From Thermoflexus sp. (lineage in GTDB: Bacteria > Chloroflexota > Anaerolineae > Thermoflexales > Thermoflexaceae), in contig NZ_JBHOQR010000005.1 in NCBI RefSeq assembly GCF_042408815.1, positions 3,828 through 67,827 of the forward strand: 64,000 nucleotides of DNA. Direction: 5' to 3'. The first letter of the stretch is position 1; every line of letters starts with the position of its first letter. Made by a program: the position numbers and the translations under genes. The notes beneath the pieces were generated by a model. It had not been told where the DNA came from and ran no database searches. It worked only from the letters and a program-made list of their open reading frames with translations. This document shows, piece by piece, positions 54,742-63,727 of this stretch.

Positions 54742-55791
54742 TCAGGGAACCACCTGGATCTCGGGCGCTCCCTCCAGACGGCCGATGGCCCAGGCTGATT
54801 CGCCGGCCTCCGCCATCCGGGCGCAGAAGGCCTCCGCATCGGCCGGAGCGAAGGCCAGCAGCAGCCCTCCGGAGGTCTGGGGATCATACAGCAAGGCCTC
54901 CGTGATCTCATCGATCGAGGGCTCCAGACGCACGTGCGGTCGGTAGAACTCCCGGTTCCGCCAGAGGCCTCCGGCGAAGGCCTCCGCCTCCGCGCAGCGC
55001 CGCGCGCCCCGCATCCAGGGGAGCCGGCGAGCCTCCAGGACCGCCCCCACCCCGGAGGCCTCCACCATCTCCCACACATGGCCCAGCAGCCCGAACCCGG
55101 TCACATCCGTGGCGGCGTGGGCGTTGCATTTCACCGCCAGCCGGGCGGCCGTCTTGTTCAGCCGCATCATCCATGCCATCGCCTCTTCGATCTCCTCCGG
55201 CCAGGCCAGATCCCGCTTAAGGGCGGTGGTGATCACCCCGCTCCCCAGCGGCTTCGTCAGGACCAGGACATCCCCCGCCCGGGCCCCGGATTTCCGCAGG
55301 ATCCGTTGCGGATGCGCCACGCCCGTGACCACCAGACCGAACTTCGGCTCGCGGTCGGTGACCGTATGGCCGCCGAGAACAACCCCGCCCGCCTCGGCCA
55401 CCTTATCCGCCGCCCCCTTTAGGATCCGAACCAGGATCTCCAGATCCAGGCTGTCCGGAAACGCCACCAGATTGAGGGCGAAACGGACCTCCCCGCCCAT
55501 GGCGTAGATATCGCTCATCGCGTTGGCCGCAGCGATGGCGCCATAGGCGTATGGGTCATCCACCACCGGCGGGAAAAAGTCGGCGCTCTGGACGAGGGCC
55601 GTCTCCTCGTCCAGCTGATAGACGGCCGCATCATCCGGCGCCTCGATCCCGATCAGGACCGCCGGATGGGGCAGGGGCGGGATTTCCTCGTGGAGCCGGC
55701 GCAGCACGTGCGCCAGGGCCTCCGGGGCCATCTTGCTGGCTCAACCTGCGCACGAAGCCAGCGCCGTCAGGCGAATCGTCTTATTGTCCAC
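54742..55791 (-). CDS. selD: Selenide, water dikinase SelD with in-frame TGA (predicted selenocysteine) at 55741-55743
   Basis: Track ORF starts at 55731. The 20 codons upstream read (V/M)DNKTIRLTALASCAG-TGA-ASK and align with the E. coli SelD N-terminus ..IRLT....GAGCGCK (Cys17 position = TGA). GTG 55791 has an AGGAG RBS. Confidence 0.85.
55692..55723 (-). promoter_or_regulatory. Candidate SECIS-like stem-loop downstream of the selD TGA
   Basis: mRNA GGAGGCCCUGGCGCA-CGUGC-UGCGCCGGCUCC: perfect 6-bp upper stem, interrupted lower stem, begins 17 nt 3' of the UGA. Confidence 0.35.
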
Positions 55792-55891
55792 CGATCGGCT
55801 CCTGAAGGATCTGGAGGAACGCTGAGCAGGAGCTCGCAGGCATTGCCCTGGAAAAGTATAACCTGGAATCGAGCGGCCGTTCCGCCCGAGT

Positions 55892-56707
55892 TCACACCCT
55901 TGTGATCCGGGTCCCCCGGATCCGTGGGGGATCCCGCAAGGCATCCCGGAGCGCCCCGGGGCGTCGCCCGGAGAAGATCCAGACCTCAAGCTCGGGATCC
56001 CGTTCCACCCAGCGCAGGGCCATTTCCAGCTTGGCACGCATCCCCCCGGTGACATCGATCCCCCGGGATGCGCCGACCGCGCCCTGGATCTCTCGGAACC
56101 CTTCTGGGGTCAAATGGGGGATCACCTGATGTCCATCCGGCCCATCCGCGAGGACGCCGGCCACATCCCCCACCAGCAAAACGCGGGTGGGCCGAAGGGA
56201 TTCCAGGAGCGCGTCGAACACCTGCTCAGTGGACAGGATCGCCGCTCCCCGTTCCCGATCGAAGACCACATCGCCCCCCGTCAGGGGGATGAGGCCGACC
56301 TCCCAGGCCCGCTGGAAGGCCCGGACTTCAAAGGCCGCCGGGCGCCCTCCGGCCGCCTCCGCGACGGCGGAGGGTGGGATGCTGAGGGTCGGCAAGCCGG
56401 CAGCATGGAAGGCCCGACGGACCTGCATGTGGAGCTCCGCTGCCGCGAGGGCCACCTCGGCGAACCCCCACCAGTCCTCTAGCCGGGAGATCCCCTCGTG
56501 GATACGGGTGCGGGCAGCTGCGGCGTGGCCGAAGGATCCACTGCCATGGCCCACCAGGATCCGCAACCCCGGGCGTTCCGTCATCGCTTCGCGGATCTCC
56601 TTCGCCAGCCGGCGGATGACCCGGAGGCGAGCCCGTCGCTCCCGGCGCTTATCCGTGATCAGCGAGCCGCCCAGCTTGATGAAAACCCGTTCGCCGGAAT
56701 CCCGCAT
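55892..56707 (-). CDS. Amino-acid-kinase family protein, probable isopentenyl phosphate kinase
   Basis: FIKLGGSLITDK and VGHGSGSFGH motifs, ~270 aa, as in IPK/FomA-type kinases. Confidence 0.6.
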   Translation of the reverse strand: MRDSGERVFIKLGGSLITDKRRERRARLRVIRRLAKEIREAMTERPGLRILVGHGSGSFGHAAAARTRIHEGISRLEDWWGFAEVALAAAELHMQVRRAFHAAGLPTLSIPPSAVAEAAGGRPAAFEVRAFQRAWEVGLIPLTGGDVVFDRERGAAILSTEQVFDALLESLRPTRVLLVGDVAGVLADGPDGHQVIPHLTPEGFREIQGAVGASRGIDVTGGMRAKLEMALRWVERDPELEVWIFSGRRPGALRDALRDPPRIRGTRITRV

Positions 56708-56743
56708 CGCCCTTCCCCTCCAGGATCCAACGGCCTGCCCGAT

Positions 56744-57799
56744 CTACTCCAGCCGATGGAGGCGGCGGACGTTCGCGATGAGCCCTTCCACTGAAGGCTC
56801 ATCGGTCCGAGGGGGCGGACCCAGAGGGTCCACGACCTCTTCATGGCCCAGCCAGAGGCGGAACGCGGCCAGCACCCCATAGGCCAGGGCGTCCCGATGG
56901 TATCCGCCCTCCAGCACAAAGACCAGGCGCCCCTGGCAGAGGGTGTCCGCCAGCTCCGTGAGCCGCCGGGTCAAGGCCGCAAACCCAGAGACCGTCATGG
57001 TCAACCCTCCCAGAGGATCCCCCCAGTGAGGATCATAGCCGGCGGAGACCAGCAGGATCTCCGGTTCGAAGCGGCGGGCAGCCGGGGCGATCACCGCCTC
57101 GAAAATCCGTTCGAACCCCCGATCCCCCACGCCCATCGGCAGGGGGAGATTGATCGTAGCCCCTTCCCCGGGCCCCGCCCCGATCTCCCGCCAGTGCCCG
57201 GTCCCCGGATAGATCCCCCACTGATGAGTGGACAGATAGAGAACGGAGGGATCCGTATAGAAGATGGCCTGGGTGCCATTGCCGTGGTGGAGATCGAAGT
57301 CCACGATCATCACCCGGCGAGCCCCCAGCTCCTCCCGGGCGAAGCGAGCGCCCAGGGCGATGTTGTTGAAAATACAGAAGCCCTCGCCGTGATCAGGGAA
57401 GGCGTGATGGCCCGGAGGGCGGACCAGGGCGAAGGCCCGGCCGGCCCGGCCTTCCCAGACAGCGGCGACGGCGGTCTCGACAGCCCCGGCCGCTCGCAGC
57501 GCCGCCTCAAAAGAGCGTGGAGTCACATACGTTTCATCGCCCGGGAAATTCAGGCCACCCCCGCCGCGTTCCGCCAGACGGCGCACCCGCTCCACGTAGT
57601 TGGCCTGATGCACCCGGTTGAGCCGCTGCAGGGGGATCGGCTCAACCGGAAGCGCCATGGTCTGGTCCAGAATGCCGTGGGCTCGCAGGACGTCGAGGAT
57701 CCGCTCCAGGCGATCGCGGCGCTCAACATGTTGGGGATCATCATGCTCCAGGAAGATCGGATCGAAGGCATAGGCGACCACCATCGCGCCCTCCGGCAT
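56744..57799 (-). CDS. Histone deacetylase family (HDAC/AcuC-like) amidohydrolase
   Basis: RPPGHHA, DFDLHHGNGTQ, SAGYDPHWGDPLG, EGGY motifs. Confidence 0.85.
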   Translation of the reverse strand: MPEGAMVVAYAFDPIFLEHDDPQHVERRDRLERILDVLRAHGILDQTMALPVEPIPLQRLNRVHQANYVERVRRLAERGGGGLNFPGDETYVTPRSFEAALRAAGAVETAVAAVWEGRAGRAFALVRPPGHHAFPDHGEGFCIFNNIALGARFAREELGARRVMIVDFDLHHGNGTQAIFYTDPSVLYLSTHQWGIYPGTGHWREIGAGPGEGATINLPLPMGVGDRGFERIFEAVIAPAARRFEPEILLVSAGYDPHWGDPLGGLTMTVSGFAALTRRLTELADTLCQGRLVFVLEGGYHRDALAYGVLAAFRLWLGHEEVVDPLGPPPRTDEPSVEGLIANVRRLHRLE

Positions 57800-57984
57800 G
57801 CGGGCTTCCTGAGAGGAGTTTAGCGGGGATCAAGCGACGAGGCCATTCCGGGGAAGTGAGAAGGGGCGATGGGTTTTGCTTCCCCCTACGAGGTGGGGAT
57901 GGTGGAGCGCCCTATGGGGCCATGACCCCACCCGTGAAAGCGCCCTCTGAAAAGCTTGCTTTCGGGCGAACAGATGCTCAGTTT

Positions 57985-58947
57985 TCAGGCCGCCCTGGAC
58001 TCGCTCAGTGGGGGAGGATCCCCATCCGGTTCCGGGTTTTGCGCGAGGAAGGCCAGGAGCTCCTCCCGATAGGGCATAGAGGGCTGCGCGCCGTAACGGG
58101 TTACGCTGAGAGCGCCCGCAGCATTCGCCCAGCGCAGGGCCTCGGCCACGGATCGCCCCTCCCAGAGCGCCGCCGCCAGTGCCCCGTTGAAGGCGTCCCC
58201 CGCCGCCACCGTATCGACCACGGGCACCCGATAGGAGGACACCCAGCGCACTTCATGGCGATCCGCATACACACATCCTCGTTCCCCCAGGGTGATCACC
58301 ACATGCGCACACCCTTTCCCCACCAGGATCCGGGCGGCCTCTTCGATCGCCCGGGTATCATCCAGGGAGAACCCCACCAGCCCCTCCGCCTCCACCTCGT
58401 TCGGCGTCAGCCAGGTACACCATGGGTAGATCTCCTCCGGCAGCGGCGTCACCGGCGCAGGGTTCAGGATCACCGTCACCCCAGCCCGCGCCGCCTGCTC
58501 GGCCGCCCGCATCACTGCCTCTAGGGGCACCTCCAGCTGCAGCAGCAGCACTCGGGCTTCCGGCAGCCACTGCTCCAGCCGGGTCAACTCCGTGGCCCCC
58601 ACCCGGCCGTTCGCTCCTGGGATCACCACGATAGCATTCTGCCCTCCCTCCTCCACCACAATCAATGCCGTCCCAGAGCTGGTTTCGGGATCGATGGTCA
58701 CTCCCTCCACATCCACTCCAGCCCCCGCCAGCGCCTGCCGGAGCGCGGGGCCGAACACATCATTCCCTACTCGGCCGATCATCCGGGTAGGGACCTGTAG
58801 CCGCGCCGCCGCCACCGCCTGATTGGCACCTTTCCCTCCAGGAGCGGTGAAAAACCGATGACCCCGCAGCGTCTCCCCCGGTCGGGGAAATCGCGGGGCC
58901 ACCGCCACCAGATCCATATTGATGCTCCCCAGCACCAGGACGCTCAT
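57985..58947 (-). CDS. rbsK: Ribokinase
   Basis: VLGSINMDL, GGKGANQAVAAARL, C-terminal DTVAAGDAFNGAL; ATG 58947 overlaps the rbsC stop (ATGA). Confidence 0.9.
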   Translation of the reverse strand: MSVLVLGSINMDLVAVAPRFPRPGETLRGHRFFTAPGGKGANQAVAAARLQVPTRMIGRVGNDVFGPALRQALAGAGVDVEGVTIDPETSSGTALIVVEEGGQNAIVVIPGANGRVGATELTRLEQWLPEARVLLLQLEVPLEAVMRAAEQAARAGVTVILNPAPVTPLPEEIYPWCTWLTPNEVEAEGLVGFSLDDTRAIEEAARILVGKGCAHVVITLGERGCVYADRHEVRWVSSYRVPVVDTVAAGDAFNGALAAALWEGRSVAEALRWANAAGALSVTRYGAQPSMPYREELLAFLAQNPEPDGDPPPLSESRAA

Positions 58948-59924
58948 GAAGTTCCCCTCGGGCGAACGGGTGTGGAAGGCACAGGCCATAGGCCCGTCTT
59001 CAGCAGTCGATCCAGGCCCACCGCGAAGATAAAGACAAGGCCTTTAATGATCTGCTGATGGTAGGAGGGAACCTCCAGCAGGTTCAGCCCGTTTCCGACC
59101 GTCCCCATCACCAGTGCCCCCACCAGGGTGCCGCTGACGCTGCCGTAGCCCCCGCTCAGGCTGGCGCCGCCCAGCACGGAAGCCGCGATGGCCTCCAGCT
59201 CCAGGCCGACGCCCACATTGGGCTGAGCAGACCAGAGGCGAGCTGTCAGCAGGATCCCGCCCAGCCCAGCTAGAAGACCGCTCATCCCATATACAACCCC
59301 TTTCACCCGCTTCACCCGAACACCGGATAGCCAGGCGAGATCCTCCCCACCACCTACGGCATACAGATGCAACCCCCATGGCGTGTGGTTCAACAGCAGG
59401 CTGACCCCCAGCGCCACCGCGCCCATCAGGAGGACCGGCATAGGGATCCCGAGCAAGTCCCCAGTGCCCAGGAAAGTGAACGCCTCCGGCAATCCGGAGA
59501 TGGGGTAACCCCTTGTATAGACGAGGGTCAACCCGCGGGCGATGGCCATAGTGGAGAGGGTAGCGATGAAGGGGACCAGCCGGCCGTAAACCACCAGCGC
59601 CCCATTCAGGAGACCGAGGGCCAGCCCGGCGACCAGCCCAGCGAGGATCGCCCCGCCAACTGGCCACCCGTTCCGAACCATCAATCCCGCCGTCATCGCC
59701 CCGGTGAAAGCGACCACCGATCCCACCGATAGATCAATCCCTCCACTGATAATCGTCAGGGTCATGCCCAGCGCGACCACCGCCAGGATGGAGGACTGAA
59801 GGGCCACGTTCAGCAAATTTGACGGAGTGAGAAACCGGGGAGTCATCAGGGTCAGGGTCATCCAGAGCGCCAAAAGAACCAGCACGCCGCTCCATCGCCC
59901 GAGGACATCACGCAGCCTGCCCAT
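58944..59924 (-). CDS. rbsC: Ribose/sugar ABC transporter permease
   Basis: RbsC-type BPD permease (FLTPSNLLNV.., GGIDLSVGS, GGASLSGG). Confidence 0.9.
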   Translation of the reverse strand: MGRLRDVLGRWSGVLVLLALWMTLTLMTPRFLTPSNLLNVALQSSILAVVALGMTLTIISGGIDLSVGSVVAFTGAMTAGLMVRNGWPVGGAILAGLVAGLALGLLNGALVVYGRLVPFIATLSTMAIARGLTLVYTRGYPISGLPEAFTFLGTGDLLGIPMPVLLMGAVALGVSLLLNHTPWGLHLYAVGGGEDLAWLSGVRVKRVKGVVYGMSGLLAGLGGILLTARLWSAQPNVGVGLELEAIAASVLGGASLSGGYGSVSGTLVGALVMGTVGNGLNLLEVPSYHQQIIKGLVFIFAVGLDRLLKTGLWPVPSTPVRPRGTS

Positions 59925-61413
59925 GCATCCCTCCCATTGCCAGCGCCAACACCCGATCCGCTGTGGCCTCCTCGCGTTTCAACTCCCCCACGATCCGCCC
60001 CTCTCGCATTACCAGGATCCGATCGCTGATGCCGAGGATCTCCGGGAGCTCCGAAGAGATCATCAGGATCGCCTTTCCCTCGCGGGCCAGGCGATCCATC
60101 AACGCGTGGATCTCGGCTTTGGCCCCCACATCGATCCCCCGCGTGGGCTCGTCCATGATCAGGATCCGGGGTTGCAGGAGAAGCCAGCGCGCGATCACCG
60201 CTTTCTGTTGGTTCCCGCCGGACAGATAGCGCACGGGCACGCCGGGGCGTGGCGGCCGGATATTCAGGTGGCGGATGTAGGGCTGGCTCACGGCATCCAG
60301 CTGTCGCCTGGAAAGCAAGCCCAGGGGAGCAATGCGGGGCAAAGCGGAGATGGCGATGTTCGATCGCAAAGCCATGCTCAGGAACAGGGCCTGAGCCTTG
60401 CGATCCTCTGGGATGAACGCCATCCCCAGCCGGATCGCCTCCACCGGGGAGCGGATGCGAACCGCCTTCCCCTCGACCCGGATCTCCCCGCGATCCACCG
60501 GGTCCAGGCCGAAGATGGCGCGCGCCACCTCCGTCCGGCCCGCCCCCACCAGGCCGGCCAGGCCTACGATCTCCCCCCGATGGACCTCGAACGAAACTTC
60601 ATGGAACACGCCCCCACGGGTGAGATCCCGGACCTCCAGGATCGCCTCCGCACCCGGGGTGGCGGTTTTCACGAACATCTCACCCATCTCCCGACCCACC
60701 ATCATTCGAACCACCGCCGCGGGCGTAACCTCGGCGATGGAGAAAGTCCCAATATGACGACCATCCCGCAAGATCGTGATCCGATCCGCGATCTGGAACA
60801 CCTCTTCCAGGCGATGGGAAATGAAGAGGACGGCCACCCCGCGCCCCTTCAGATCCCGCAACAGTCCGAACAGGCGATGGATCTCCCGATCGCTCAGCGC
60901 CGAGGTCGGCTCATCCATAATCAACAGGCGAGCCTTTTCAGAAAGCGCGCGGGCGATCTCCAGCATCTGGCGCTGGGCGAAGGGCAGGCTTCCCGCCGGA
61001 GCTTGAGGGTCCAGATCCAGGCCCAGCTCCCGCAGGATCTGGCGGGCCTGTTGCTCCATAGCCCGTCGATCTAGGCCTCCCCACGGGGTTCGGGGCTCCC
61101 GGCCCAGGAGCAAGTTCTGGGCCACCGTCAGGTTCGGGAGCAGACTGAGCTCCTGATGGATCACCGCAATCCCCAGCCGACGGGCGTGTCGGGGATCCAC
61201 GATCTCCACCGGCTGGCCCTGCCAGAAGATCCGCCCGGTGTCCCGCGGGATAGCTCCCGCCAGGATCCGGATGAGGGTGCTTTTCCCAGCACCGTTTTCC
61301 CCTACCAGACCATGGATTTCCCCCGGGAAAATCTCCAGGGTGACTCGATCGAGCGCCTGCACGCCCGGGAAAGCTTTGGAGATCCCCTCCGCTCGAAGCA
61401 AAGGCTCTCCCAT
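59908..61413 (-). CDS. rbsA: Ribose/sugar ABC transporter ATP-binding protein (duplicated ABC domains)
   Basis: Walker A GENGAGKST, signatures LSGGNQQK and tandem ABC cassettes, 501 aa. Confidence 0.95.
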   Translation of the reverse strand: MGEPLLRAEGISKAFPGVQALDRVTLEIFPGEIHGLVGENGAGKSTLIRILAGAIPRDTGRIFWQGQPVEIVDPRHARRLGIAVIHQELSLLPNLTVAQNLLLGREPRTPWGGLDRRAMEQQARQILRELGLDLDPQAPAGSLPFAQRQMLEIARALSEKARLLIMDEPTSALSDREIHRLFGLLRDLKGRGVAVLFISHRLEEVFQIADRITILRDGRHIGTFSIAEVTPAAVVRMMVGREMGEMFVKTATPGAEAILEVRDLTRGGVFHEVSFEVHRGEIVGLAGLVGAGRTEVARAIFGLDPVDRGEIRVEGKAVRIRSPVEAIRLGMAFIPEDRKAQALFLSMALRSNIAISALPRIAPLGLLSRRQLDAVSQPYIRHLNIRPPRPGVPVRYLSGGNQQKAVIARWLLLQPRILIMDEPTRGIDVGAKAEIHALMDRLAREGKAILMISSELPEILGISDRILVMREGRIVGELKREEATADRVLALAMGGMHGQAA

Positions 61414-61496
61414 CTGGGTCTCCCTTTCCGAGATGTTCCCCGGTTATCGGGGGTTATCTTGGCGCCGATGGAGAGGAGCTCTGCCGCTGGGCTTCT

Positions 61497-61576
61497 GGGG
61501 CCTGGGGGCTCCAAAGGCGCCCCCAGGCCCCATCCCGCATCGGGGAGAGGCCATCCGCGTCCCTGACAAGGGACGC
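61497..61576 (-). promoter_or_regulatory. Two intercistronic GC-rich stem-loops between rbsB and rbsA
   Basis: 13-bp stem GGGGCCTGGGGGC/GCCCCCAGGCCCC (61497-61531) and 8-bp stem GCGTCCCT/AGGGACGC (61557-61576) in the 190-nt rbsB-rbsA gap. Confidence 0.5.
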
Positions 61577-61604
61577 ACTTCCTCAGCGCTCCTCTTCCGC
61601 CCGG

Positions 61605-62555
61605 TTACTTCACCGTCTCCTTGGTCACCAGGGAAAGCGGGACCGGGATGAACTTCTCCACCTTCTCGCCCCGCAGATACTTGACGGCCATCTCCACGGC
61701 GAGGCGACCCATCTCCGCCGGCTGCTGGGCCACGGTGGCCGCCAGCTTGCCTTCCTTCACTGCCTTCACCGCATCGTCGATCGCGTCGAAGCCCACAAAA
61801 ATGATCCCAGTGCGCCCGGCGGCCTCCGCTGCCTGGATCGCCCCAAGCACCATCTCGTCGTTGTGGGCGAAGACGCCATCGATCTGCGGCTGGGCCTGGA
61901 GGATGTTCTCAAACACCTGCAAGCCCTTCGCGCGATTGAAATCCGCGGGCTGGCGGGCGATCACCTCGAGGCCTGGACATTTCTCCTTCAGGTATTCGTT
62001 GAACCCCTTGCCCCGATCCCGGGCAGCCGAAGTGCCAGGGATGCCCTCCAGTTCCACCACCTTGCCCTTACCCTTCAGGGCCTGGCAAAGGAACTCCGCT
62101 GCCATCCGCCCGCCGGCGACGTTGTCCGAGGCGATATGGGAGACGATCTCCCCGCCCTCCGCCGCGCGGTCCACGGTGAAGACAGGGATTCCCGCCTGAT
62201 TGGCCTTCTGGATGCTGGGCACCACCGCTTTGGTGTCGGTGGGATTGATCAGCAGCGCGGAGACCTTCTTCTGGATCAGGTCTTCAATGTTGGCGGCTTC
62301 CTTCGCGGGGTCATCCTGAGCGTCGACCACGATCAACCGCACGCCATACTGAGCGGCGGCTTTCTCCGCCCCTTCCTTCAGCGTGACGAAGAAGGGATTG
62401 TTGAGCGTGGAGAGGGAAAGGCCCAGAACAACCTCCTGAGGCTGGGCGGCCGCGGGCGTGGCCGTTGCCCTTGGCGCTGCCGGCGTGGCGGGCGCGCACG
62501 CGCCGGCGATCAGAACCAGAACCATCAGCAGAGGCCAGAAGGAACGGATACGCAT
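61605..62555 (-). CDS. rbsB: Ribose ABC transporter substrate-binding lipoprotein
   Basis: Lipobox LIAGAC; periplasmic-binding-protein type I blocks (LGLSLSTLNNPFF, VFAHNDEMVLGA, VGFDAIDDA). Confidence 0.9.
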   Translation of the reverse strand: MRIRSFWPLLMVLVLIAGACAPATPAAPRATATPAAAQPQEVVLGLSLSTLNNPFFVTLKEGAEKAAAQYGVRLIVVDAQDDPAKEAANIEDLIQKKVSALLINPTDTKAVVPSIQKANQAGIPVFTVDRAAEGGEIVSHIASDNVAGGRMAAEFLCQALKGKGKVVELEGIPGTSAARDRGKGFNEYLKEKCPGLEVIARQPADFNRAKGLQVFENILQAQPQIDGVFAHNDEMVLGAIQAAEAAGRTGIIFVGFDAIDDAVKAVKEGKLAATVAQQPAEMGRLAVEMAVKYLRGEKVEKFIPVPLSLVTKETVK

Positions 62556-62667
62556 CGCTTCTCCTCCTTTTGTGAAGTTTGGACCTGCGCAAGGAAGCTC
62601 CAAGCGGGAAGGCTGGATGTCCCTCCTTGATTTCTCCTCTTTAACCGGAGGAGGGAAAGGCTCGTAT

Positions 62668-63669
62668 CTATTCCCGCCGCAGCGCCCGGTGAAGCAGCAG
62701 TGCCGCGGCGATCACACCCCCTTTGAATACCTGCTCATAAAAGGACGGGATGTTCAGCAGATTGATCCCGTTATTGAGCACCCCGATGATCAGCGCGCCG
62801 ATCAGCGTGCCCCCCAACCATCCCTCTCCACCGGTCAGGCGAGTCCCGCCGATGACCACCGCCGCGATGGCATCAAACTCGTAGCCAATCCCCAGGGTCG
62901 GCGGGGCAGAATCCAGACGGCCGATCAGGACCAGCCCGGCCAGAGCGGCCAGGAGCCCGCTCAGGCCATAGGTGATCACCAGATGTCGCCGGAGCGGGAT
63001 CCCGGCCGCCTGCGCTGCAGCCGGGTTGTTTCCGATGGCCAGCAGGTGCTCCCCAAAAACGGTGTAGCTCAACAGAAATCCTCCAAACCCAAACACCAGC
63101 GCCATCCCGAGAACCGGCACGGGCAGGGGCCCTACCCATCCCGCCCCCAGCCATCGAAAAGACTCGGGAAAGCCGGTGATCGGCCGCCCCTGGGTGTAGC
63201 TGAGGGCCAGCCCCCGGGCAACCGTCATCATCCCCAGCGTGGCGATGAAGGGCGGGATTCGCAAATAGGCCACAGCGGCTCCGCTCAGCATGCCCATCAG
63301 AGATCCCAGGATCAGCGCGCTGACCATTGCCAGCGCCGGCGACTGACCTGCTGTCACCAAGCTGGCCGCCACCACCCCTGTAAACGCCAGGACCGAGCCC
63401 ACGGAAAGATCGATCCCCCCGGTGAGGATTACCAGTGTCATCCCCACCGCGATGATGCCGTTGATAGAGGCCTGACGGACCACATTGATCAGGTTGCTTG
63501 GCGTCAGAAAACGCGGGGAGAGCACGCTCAGCACCAGACAAAGCATCCCCAACGTTAGAACCAGCCCCAGCCGTGTCCAGCGCTCCCGAGCCTCCCACGC
63601 CCCCAGACCCGACATCAGATTCGCAGGTTGCTCCAGCCTCCTCATCCGCTCCGCCGAAGGGTGATCCAT
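62668..63669 (-). CDS. Second sugar ABC transporter permease (RbsC-like)
   Basis: Paralogous to rbsC (FLTPSNLINV, GGIDLSVGS, GGTRLTGG); start 63669 or 63702. Confidence 0.85.
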   Translation of the reverse strand: MDHPSAERMRRLEQPANLMSGLGAWEARERWTRLGLVLTLGMLCLVLSVLSPRFLTPSNLINVVRQASINGIIAVGMTLVILTGGIDLSVGSVLAFTGVVAASLVTAGQSPALAMVSALILGSLMGMLSGAAVAYLRIPPFIATLGMMTVARGLALSYTQGRPITGFPESFRWLGAGWVGPLPVPVLGMALVFGFGGFLLSYTVFGEHLLAIGNNPAAAQAAGIPLRRHLVITYGLSGLLAALAGLVLIGRLDSAPPTLGIGYEFDAIAAVVIGGTRLTGGEGWLGGTLIGALIIGVLNNGINLLNIPSFYEQVFKGGVIAAALLLHRALRRE

Positions 63670-63727
63670 CCCTGCCCGCCTCGAAGAGAAAATGCCTGGC
63701 AAAGCCAGCGAAAAAACACACAGTCAC

